The notes under the pieces are model-generated. The model had not been told where the DNA came from. It saw only the letters and a program-made list of their open reading frames with translations, and did no database searches. Shown piece by piece: positions 53,599-64,000 of a stretch of DNA of 64,000 bases. The stretch's first letter is position 1, and each line of letters starts with the position of its first letter. Where the stretch lies: the NCBI RefSeq assembly GCF_964355755.1, contig NC_092670.1, positions 27,328,795-27,392,794 of the forward strand, read 5' to 3'. This stretch comes from Antedon mediterranea. Taxonomy: Eukaryota; Animalia; Echinodermata. A program made the position numbers and the translations under genes.

Positions 53599-56455
53599 TT
53601 ACGCCACAAACCAGTAGATAACTGAAGAGCTGATAATAATATATTTATATGAAATTAATGATCAATTAATGAAAAATAATGCCATGCAACTTTGTTTCTG
53701 ATTTTAAAAAAGGTTTATTTGTTTAGGCCTGACATTTACAATCCTCAAAATATCTCACTTTCAAAAACAATATTTATTTTCAATTAAAAAAAAAAAAAAA
53801 CAAAATATCCGTAGAGGTTCGAACCCACTAGTGAGAGCACTCAAACTTGAGTATTACCCGTTACGCCACAAACCAGTAGATGACTGAAGAGCTGATAATA
53901 CTCTATTTATATGAAATAAATAATAAATCAATGAAAAATAATGCCATGCAACTTTGTTTCTGATTTTAAAAAAGGTCCACTTGTTTAGGCCTGATATTTA
54001 CAACCCTCAAAATATCTCACTTTCCCTAGAGGTTCGAACCCACTACTGAAAGCACTCAAACATGAGCATTATCCGTTACGCCACAAACCAGTAGATGACT
54101 GAGGAGCTGATAATAGTCTATTTATATGAAATGAATGATCAATCAATGAAAAATAATGCTATGCAACTTTGTTTCTGATTTTTAAAAAGATCCATTTGTT
54201 TAGGCCTGACATTCACAACCCTAAAAAATATCTCATTTTAAAAAAAAATATTTATTTTCAATAAGAAAAAAAAAAGCAATATCCTTAGAGGTTGGAACCC
54301 GCTACTGAGAGCACTCAAACCTGTGTATTACCCGTTACGCCACAAACCAGTAGATAACTGAAGAGCTGATAATAGTTTATTTATATGAAATTAATGATCA
54401 ATCAATGAAAAATAATGCCATGCAACTTTGTTTCTGATTTTAAAAAAAGGTTCATTTTGTTTAGGCCAGACAAGTGAACAACCCTCAAAATATCTCATTT
54501 CAAAAACCATATTTATTTTCAATTTAAAAAAAAAAGAAAAAAAATATCCCTATAGGTTCGACCCACTACTCAGAGCATTCAAACCTGAGCATTATCCGTT
54601 ACGCCGCAAACCAGTATATGACTGAAGAGCTGATAATAGTCTATTTATATGAAATGGATGATCAATCAATGAAAAATAATGCCATGCAACTTTGTTTCTG
54701 ATTTTAAAAAAGGTTCACTAGTTTAGGCCTGACAGTTGCAATCCTCAAAATATCTCACTTTCAAAAAAAATATTTATTTTCAATTTAAAAAAAAGAAGAA
54801 AAGAAATACACGTATAGGTTCGAACCCACTACTGAGAGCACTCAAACCTGAGCATTACCCGTTACGCCACAAACCAGTAGATGACTGAGGAGCTGATAAT
54901 AGTCTATATATATGAAATAAATGATCAATCAATGAAAAATAATGCCATGCAACTTTGTTTCTGATTTTAAAAAAGGTCCACTTGTTTAGGCCTGACATTT
55001 ACAACCCTCAAAATATCTCACTTTCAAAAACCATATTTATTTTCAATTTAAAAAAAAAAGAAAAAAAATGTCCCTAGAGGATCGACCCACTACTCAGAGC
55101 ACTCAAACCTGAGCATTACCCGTTACGCCACAAACCAGTAGATGACTGAAGAGCTGATAATAGTCTATTTATATGAAATTAATGATCAATCAATGAAAAA
55201 TAATGCCATGCAACTTTGTTTCTGATTTTAAAAAAGGTTCATTTGTTTAGGCCTGACATTTACAACCCTCAAAATATCTCACTTTCAAAAAAAATATTTA
55301 TTTTCAATTAAAAAAAAGAAATATCCCAAGAGGTTCGAACCCACTACTGCGAGCACTCAAACTTGAGCATTACCCGTTACGCCTCAAACCAGTAGATGAC
55401 TGAAGAGCTGATAATACTCTATTTATATGAAATGAATAATAAATCAATGAAAAATAATGCCATGCAACTTTGTTTCTGATTTTAAAAAAGGTTCACTTGT
55501 TTAGGTCTGACATTTACAACCCTCAAAATATCATACTTTCAAAAACAATATTTATTTTCAATTAAAAAAAAAAATCCCTAGAGGTTCGAACCCACTACTG
55601 GGAGCACTCAAACCTGAGCATTCTCCGTTACGCCACAAACCAGTAGATGACTGAGTAGCTGATAAAAGTCTATTTATATGAAATGAATGATCAATCAATG
55701 AAAAATAATGCCATGCAACTTTGTTTCTGATTTTAAAAAAGGTTCACTTGTTTAGGCCTGACATTTACAACCCTCAAATTATCGCACTTTCAAAAACAAT
55801 ATTTATTTTCAATTAAAAAAAAAAAGAAACAAAATATCCGTAGAGGTTCGAACCCACTAGTGAGAGCACTCAAACTTGAGCATTACCCGTTACGCCACAA
55901 ACCAGTAGATGAGTGAAGAGCTGATAATACTCTATTTATATGAAATACATAATAAATCAATGAAAAATAATGTCATGCAACTTTGTTTCTGATTTAAAAA
56001 AAGATCCACTTGTTTAGGCCTGATATTTACAACCCTCAAAATATCTCACTTTCAAAAACAATATTTATTTTCAATTTAAAAAAAAAATCCCTAGAGGTTC
56101 GAACCCACTACTGAGAGCACTCAAACCTGAGCATTATCCGTTACGCCACAAACCAGTAGATGACTGAGGAGCTGATAATAGTCTATTTATATGAAATGAA
56201 TGATCAATCAATGAAAAATAATGCCATGCTACTTTGTTTCTGATTTTAAAAAAGGTCCACTTGTTTAGGCCTGACATTTACAACCCTCAAAATATCTCAC
56301 TTTCAAAAACAATATTTGTTGTCAATTAAAAAAAAAAAGAAAAAAAATATTCGTAGAGGTTCGAACCCACTACTGCGAGAACTCAAACCTGAGCACTCTC
56401 CCTTTTATGCCATAAAGTAGTACACGAAAGAACAGTTTATAATAGTCTATTTATA

Positions 56456-57940
56456 AGTGTATTACGTAATTCATCATTACGTCATAAATATCATATTAAC
56501 CTTTTTAAAACCAAAATGGCCAGTTAGCTCAGACGGCTGAGCGTCGTGTTGACGACAACACGTATGTCGTGGGTTCGATTCTCACGCTGGTCGGTGGAAT
56601 AGAGTTAAAGGTAGGCGACCAACTGTGTTTGGGGTTCACAGAATTTACGTCCCCCTTTCCACCACACATCTTGAGAAGGCACTAGCAATGCATCTGGTGA
56701 TGATGTGGTGGAAACGACCCCAATGCCGTGGCAGGGCCTTAGTGCTGAGGCAGGGAGAGCACATTTTTAAATTTTTTGGGGGGCTTTCGCTACATGTATT
56801 TGATCTCCTAAATTTTATGTTTAGTGCCCTCAATTTAATGTAAAAAGAAATTAATTTATCTTCGTTACGTGTTTAGAAGAGAATGTATGTCTCACCGTAG
56901 TTTGGTATGCCGTTTGTTATTATGCAAATGAGTTTTTGCAGGTGTAGTGGGAAAGATGGTATTGTTAGTAATTCGCGGTCAACACGCCACACTGTTGAAT
57001 TTTGATTTTGTTAATCAATGTTGCTACATTGGTAGCGAAATGTCCGATTCATGCAAGATATTGTATTGTACTATGTTATGAATAAATATTTATGGATGGT
57101 AGTTGGTGTGTATGGCCGCACCGTCCCAGAATAAACATGGTTTAAACAGATAATTTGTCTCCGATGATTTTTGTATGGGGTTAATGGAGAATGGAATAGA
57201 TCAAATATAGAACATTTGCAAAGATGCCGATTTCCAGACTGATTTCGAAACTTAGACTAATTCCGCTGCCGGGCTGGGCCTTAGGCATATACGAAGTCGA
57301 GTTTTTAAAGTAGAAAACTCTACCTAAACTTTTGAATTCGCATCTGGATATTTGAATTTTTAACAAATATAAAAAATATCATAGGTGATTATGTATGGTA
57401 ATAAGTATAAGTATAAGTGCAATTCTGGGCTCTATTTTCATTATTAGCTCTTCCCAAAACATGGTGGGCTAGTAGGCCTACTGGAGACCTAATATTTAAT
57501 TTCATATTTCAATGAATAGGTGCACTTTCCGGGGACATGCTCTATTGTCCTTGTTAGTCTTATATATTTTGTTTCATATAATTTCAAATCATTTAAAGTA
57601 CCATTTTCAGGCGGGAGTCTGTGCAACTCTATTTTTTTATTTTAAACAGTTTGGTATGCCGTCGTGGTTGTTATGCAAATGAGCTTGTAAAGGGGTATTA
57701 TGGGAAGATGATATGTTAATCATTCGCGGTCAACACGCCACACTGTTAAATTTTGATGCTGTTAATATTTACATTAGAATATTGTTCAAATCATGTAAAT
57801 AAAAAATTTTCCGGGCGGGAACCCAGCAGCTCTCGAAAAGAACTCCAGGTGGAAAAGAAGCTCACCCATGAGTACTGAATATGAAGGAGCACATTGGCTT
57901 CTTTTGGAGGCTTTATGGCAGTCTTTTTGCATGTATTTGA
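56456..57940 (+). repeat. ~1.48-kb cassette, copy 4
   Basis: Near-identical to copy 3, including the upstream cactctcccttttatgcc junction. Confidence 0.92.
56518..56593 (+). pseudogene. tRNA-like cloverleaf with duplicated anticodon
   Basis: Identical by eye to 37430-37505. Confidence 0.7.
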
Positions 57941-60900
57941 TTTCAAAAACAATATATATTTTCAATTTAAAAAAAAAAAGAAAAAAAATATTCCTAGAGG
58001 TTCGAACCTACTACTGAGTGAACTCAAACCTGAGCATTACCGGTTACGCCACAAACCAGTAGATGAGTGAAGAGCTGATAATAGTCTATTTATATGAAAT
58101 GAATGATCCATCAATGTAAAATGATGTTATGCAACCTTGTTTCTGATTTAAAAAAAGGTCCTTTTGGTTAGGCTTGACATTTAAAACCATAAAAATATCT
58201 CACTTTTTAAAAACAATATTTATTTTCAAATAAAAAAAAAAAGAAAAAAAAATATCCCTAGAGGTTCGACCCACTATTCAGAGCACTCAAACCTGAGCAT
58301 TACCCGTTAGGCCACAAACCAGTATATGACTGAAGAGCTGATAATAGTCTATTTATATGAAATGAATGATCAATCAATGAAAAATAATGCCATGCAACTT
58401 TGTTTCTGATTTTAAAAAAGATCCATTTGTTTAGACCTGACATTCACAACCCTAAAAAATATCTCATTTAAAAAAAAAAAAATTATTTTCAATAAGAAAT
58501 AAAAAGCAATATCCCTAGAGGTTGGAACCAGCTACTGAGAGCACTCAAACCTGGGTATTACCCGTTACGCCACAAACCAGTACATAACTGAAAAGCTGAT
58601 AATAGTATATTTATATGAAATTAATGATCAATCAATGAAAAATAATGCCATGCAACTTTGTTTCTGATTTTAAAAAAAGGTTCATTTGTTTAGGCCTGAC
58701 ATTTACAACCCTCAAAATATCTCACTTTAAAAAAAATATTTATTTTCAATTAAAAAAAAGAAAGAAAAGAAATATCCCTAGAGGTTCGAACCCACTACTG
58801 CGAGCACTCAAACTTGAGCATTACTAGTTACGCCTCAAACCAGTAGATGACTGAAGAGCTGATAATACTCTATTTATATGAAATGAATAATAAATCAATG
58901 AAAAATAATGCCATGCAACTTTGTTTCTGATTTTAAAAAAGGTTCACTTGTTTAGGCCTGACATTTACAACCCTCAAAATATCTCACTTTCAAAAACAAT
59001 ATTTATTTTCAATTAAAAAAAAAAAAGAAACAAAATATCCGTAGAGGTTCGAACCCACTACTGAGAGAACTCAAACCTGAGCATTACCGGTTACGCCACA
59101 AACCAGTAGGTGAGTGAAGAGCTGATAATAGTCTATTTATATGAAATGCTGAATAATCCATCAATGTAAAATGATGTTATTTAACTTTGTTTCTGATTTA
59201 AAAAAAGGTCCACTTGGTTAGGCTTGACATTTAAAACCATAAAAATATCTCACTTTCAAAAACAATATTTATTTTCAAATAAAAAAAAAAAAAAAAATAT
59301 CCCTAGAAGTTCGAACCCACTATTGAAATCACTCAAACCTGAGCATTACCCGTTACGCCGCAAACCAGTATATGACTGAAGAGGTGATAATAGTCTATTT
59401 ATATGAAATGGATGATCAATCAATGAAAAATAATGGAATGCAACTTTGTTTCTGATTTTAAAAAAGGTTCACTTGTTTAGGCCTGACAAGTGAACAACCC
59501 TCAAAATATCTCATTTCAAAAACCATATTTATTTTCAATTTAAAAGAAAAAGAAAAAAAATATCCCTATAGGTTCGACCCACTACTCAGAGCATTCAAAC
59601 CTGAGCATTATCCGTTACGCCGCAAACCAGTATATGACTGAAGAGCTGATAATAGTCTATTTATATGAAATGGATGATCAATCAATGAAAAATAATGCCA
59701 TGCAACTTTGTTTCTGATTTTAAAAAAGGTTCACTAGTTTAGGCCTGACAGTTGCAACCCTCAAAATATCTCACTTTCAAAAACAATATTTATTTTCAAT
59801 CAAAAAAAAAAGAAAAAAAATACACGTATAGGTTCGAACCCACTACTGAGAGCACTCAAACCTGAGCATTACCCGTTACGCCACAAACCAGTAGATGACT
59901 GAGGAGCTGATAATAGTCTATATATATGAAATAAATGATCAATCAATGAAAAATAATGCCATGCAACTTTGTTTCTGATTTTAAAAAAGGTCCACTTGTT
60001 TAGGCCTGACATTTACAACCCTCAAAATATCTCACTTTCAAAAACCATATTTATTTTCAATTTAAAAAAAAAAGAAAAAAAATGTCCCTAGAGGATCGAC
60101 CCACTACTCAGAGCACTCAAACCTGAGCATTACCCGTTACGCCACAAACCAGTAGATGACTGAAGAGCTGATAATAGTCTATTTATATGAAATGAATTAT
60201 CAATCAATGAAAAATAATGCCATGCAACTTTGTTTCTTATTTTAAAAAGATCCATTTGTTTAGGCCTGACATTCACAACCCTAAAAAATATCTCATTTTC
60301 AAAAAAAATATTTATTTTCAATAAGAAAAAAAAAAGCAATATCCCTAGAGGTTGGAACCCGCTACTGAGACCACTCAAACCTGGGTATTACCCGTTACGC
60401 CACAAACCAGTAGATAACTGAAGATCTGATAATAGTCTATATATATAAAATGAATGATCAATCAATGAAAAATAATGCCATGCAACTTTGTTTCTGATTT
60501 TAAAAAAGGTCCACTTGTTTAGGACTGACATTTACAACCCTCAAAATATCTCACTTTCAAAAATCATATGTATTTTCAATTTAAAAAAAAAAAAAAAAAA
60601 TATCCCTAGAGGTTCGACCCACTACTCAGAGCACTCAAACCTGAGCATTACCCGTTACGCCACAAACCAGTAGATGACTGAAGAGCTGTTAATAGTCTAT
60701 TTATATGAAATGAATTATCAATCAATGAAAAATAATGCCATGCAACTTTGTTTCTGATTTTAAAAAAGATCCATTTGTTTAGGCCTGACAGTTGCAACCC
60801 TCAAAATATCTCATTTTCAAAAACAATATTTATTTTCAATAAGAAAAAAAGAGAAAAAAAATACCCTTATAGGTTCGAACCCACTACTGAGAGCACTCAA

Positions 60901-63900
60901 ACCTGAGCATTACCCGTTACGCCACAAACCAGTAGATGAGTGAAGAGCTGATAATAGTCTATTTATATGAAATGAATGATCCATCAATGTAAAATGATGT
61001 TATGCAACTTTGTTTCTGAATTTAAAAAAGGACCACTTGGTTAGGCTTGACAATTAAAACCATAAAAATATCTCACTTTCAAAAACAATATTTATTTTCA
61101 AATAAAAAAAAAAAGAAAAAAAAATATTCCTAGAGGTTTGAACCCACTACTGAGAGAACGCAAACCTGAGCATTACCGGTTTCGCCACCAACCAGTAGAT
61201 GAGTGAAGGGCTGATAATAGTCTATTTATATGAAATGAATGATCCATCAATGTAAAATTATGTTATGCAACTTTGTTTCTGATTTAAAAAAAGGCCCACT
61301 TGGTTAGGCTTGACATTTAAAACCATAAAAATATCTCACTTTCAAAAACAATATTTATTTTCAAATAAAAAAAAAGAAGAAAAAAAATATCCCTAGAAGT
61401 TCGAACCCACTATTGAAATCACTCAAACCTGAGCATTACCCGTTACGCCGCAAACCAGTATATGACTGAAAAGCTGATAATAGTCTATTTATATGAAATG
61501 GATGATCAATCAATGAAAAATAATGCCATGCAACTTTGTTTCTGATTTTAAAGAAGGTTCACTTGTTTAGGCCTGACAGTTGCAACCCTCAAAATATCTC
61601 ACTTTCAAAAACAATATTTATTTTCAATTAAAAAAAAGAGAAAAAAAATACCCTTATAGGTTCGAACCCACTACTGAGAGCACTCAAACCTGAGCATGAC
61701 CCGTTACGCCACAAACCAGTAGATGAGTGAAGAGCTGATAATAGTCTATTTATATGAAATAGATGATCAATCAATGAAAAATAATGCCATGCAACTTTGT
61801 TTCTGATTTTAAAAAAGGTTCACTTGTTTAGGCCTGACAGTTGCAACCCTCAAAATATCTCACTTTCAAAAACAATATTTATTTTCAATAAGAAAAAAAG
61901 AGAAAAAAAATACCCTTATAGGTTCGAACCCACTACTGAGAGCACTCAACCCTGAGCATTACCCGTTACGCCACAAACCAGTAGATGAGTGAAGAGCTGA
62001 TAATAGTCTATTTATATGAAATGAATGATCCATCAATGTAAAATGATGTTATGCAACTTTGTTTCTGAATTTAAAAAAGGACCACTTGGTTAGGCTTGAC
62101 ATTTAAAACCATAAAAATATCTCACTTTCAAAAACAATATTTATTTTCAAATAAAAAAAAAAAGAAAAAAAAATATTCCTAGAGGTTTGAACCCACTACT
62201 GAGAGAACGCAAACCTGAGCATTACCGGTTACGCCACCAACCAGTAGATGAGTGAAGGGCTGTTAATAGTCTATTTATATGAAATGAATTATCAATCAAT
62301 GAAAAATAATGCCATGCAACTTTGTTTCTGATTTTAAAAAAGATCCATTTGTTTAGGCCTGACATTTACAACCCTCAAAATATCTCACTTTCAAAAAAAA
62401 TATTTATTTTCAATAAGAAAAAAAAGCAATATCCCTAGAGGTTGGAACCCGCTACTGAGACCACTCAAACCTGGGTATTACCCGTTACGCCACAAACCAG
62501 TAGATAACTGAAGAGCTGATAATAGTCTATTTATATGAAATTAATGATCAATCAATGAAAAATAATGCCATGCAACTTTGTTTCTGATTTTAAAAAAGGT
62601 TCATTTGTTTAGGCCTGACATTTACAACCCTCAAAATATCTCACTTTCAATAAGAAAAAAAAGCAATATCTCTAGAGGTTGGAACCCGCTACTGAGACCA
62701 CTCAAACCTGGGTATTACCCGTTACGCCACAAACCAGTAGATAACTGAAGAGCTGATAATAGTCTATTTATATGAAATTAATGATCAATCAATGAAAAAT
62801 AATGCCATGCAACTTTGTTTCTGATTTTAAAAAAGGTTCATTTGTTTAGGCCTGACATTTACAACCCTCAAAATATCTCACTTTCAAAAAAAAAAAAATT
62901 TATTTTCAATTAAAAAAAAAAGAAAAAAAATATCCCTAGAGGTTCGACCCACTACTCAGAGAACTCAAACTTGAGCATTACCCGTTACGCCACAAACCAG
63001 TAGATGACTGAAGAGCTGATAATAGTCTATTTATATGAAATTAATGATCAATGAATGAAAAATAATGTCATGCAACTTTGTTTCTGATTTTAAAAAAGAT
63101 CCATTTGTTTAGGCCTGTCATTCACAACCCTAAAAAATATCTCATTTTCCAAAAAAATAATTTTTTTCAATAAGAAAAAAAAAAAGCAATATCTCTAGAG
63201 GTTGGAACCCGCTACTGAGAGCACTCAAACCTGGGTATTACCCGTTACGCCACGAACCAGTAGATAACTGAAGAGCTGATAATAGTCTATTTATATGAAA
63301 TTAATGATCAATCAATGAAAAATAATGCCATGCAACTTTGTTTCTGATTTTAAAAAAGGTTCATTTTTTTAGGCCTGACATTTACAACCCTAAAAATATC
63401 TCACTTTCAAAAAAAATATTTATTTTCAATTAAAAAAAAGAAAGAAAAGAAAAATCCCAAGAGGTTCGAACCCACTACTGCGAACACTCAAACTTGAGCA
63501 TTACCCATTACGCCTCAAACCAGTAGATGACTGAAGAGCTGATAATAGTCTATTGATATGAAATGAATGATCAATCAATGAAAAATAATGCCAGGCAACT
63601 TTGTTTCTGATTTTAAAAAAGGTTCACTTGTTTAGGCCTGACATTCACAACCCTAAAAAAATCTCATTTTCCCAAAAAATTCTTATTTTCAATAAGAAAA
63701 AAAAAAAGAAATATCCCTAGAGGTTGGAACCCGCTACTGAGAGTACTCAAACCTGGGCATTACCCGTTACACCACAAACCAGTAGATAACTCAAGAGCTG
63801 ATAATAGTCTATTTATATGAAATTAATGATCAATCAATGAAAAATAATGCCATGCAACTTTGTTTCTGATTTTAAAAAAGGTTCATTTGTTTAGGCCTGA

Positions 63901-64000
63901 CATTTACAACCCTCAAAATATCTCACTTTCAAAAAAAATATTTATTTTCAATTAAAAAAAAGAAAGAAAGAAATATCCCTAGAGGTTCGAACCCACTACT

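Larger units (their letters stand above)
4530..64000 (-). repeat. Satellite B: ~260-bp tandem array with tRNA-like Pol III units on the minus strand (roughly 175 monomers, interrupted by insertions)
   Basis: Unit gaagagctgataatagtctatttatatgaaatg...tatccctagaggttcgaacccactactgagagcactcaaacctgagcattacccgttacgccacaaaccagtagatgact repeats with ~260-bp period (e.g. gaagagctg at 8159 and 8420). Copy number is estimated from length minus insertions. Confidence 0.97.
55180..64000 (+). repeat. Segmental duplicate of ~36090-44645
   Basis: Shared private variants and ORFs at offset 19088-19089 (37537/56625, 39556/58645, 41041/60130). The offset rises by about one monomer after ~61900. Confidence 0.88.

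Noticed and set aside
4530-64000. CRISPR-like array
   Set aside because: There are no unique spacers; whole monomers are homologous, no cas genes are present, and the context is eukaryotic.

Overview
This is AT-rich eukaryotic (probably marine invertebrate) repetitive DNA, and I see no convincing host protein-coding gene. Bases 1-4530 hold a ~188/132-bp satellite (SatA) that switches orientation across a 1.35-kb GATAGATCAGC(GA)n microsatellite and carries a small Helentron-type insertion. From ~4530 to the end lies an array of roughly 175 copies (estimated from length) of a ~260-bp satellite (SatB). On the minus strand each monomer reads like a complete RNA polymerase III unit: TATA, A box, tRNA-like D arm, B box, oligo-T. 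The array is built from about ten monomer subtypes in a recurring order. It is punctuated four times by a ~1.48-kb cassette that begins with a head-to-head, plus-strand tRNA-Ile-like cloverleaf (anticodon GAC, or GACGAC duplicated) followed by a structured ~175-nt tail. Further insertions are a 5'-truncated L2/CR1-type LINE, a non-autonomous Helitron, an L1/Tx1-type LINE 3' fragment and a 2.9-kb unclassified insert with a 45-bp minisatellite. Multi-kb segmental duplications with offsets of 19-21 kb are evident. Most short ORFs are by-products of the repeats. All calls come from reading the sequence by eye; no searches were run.
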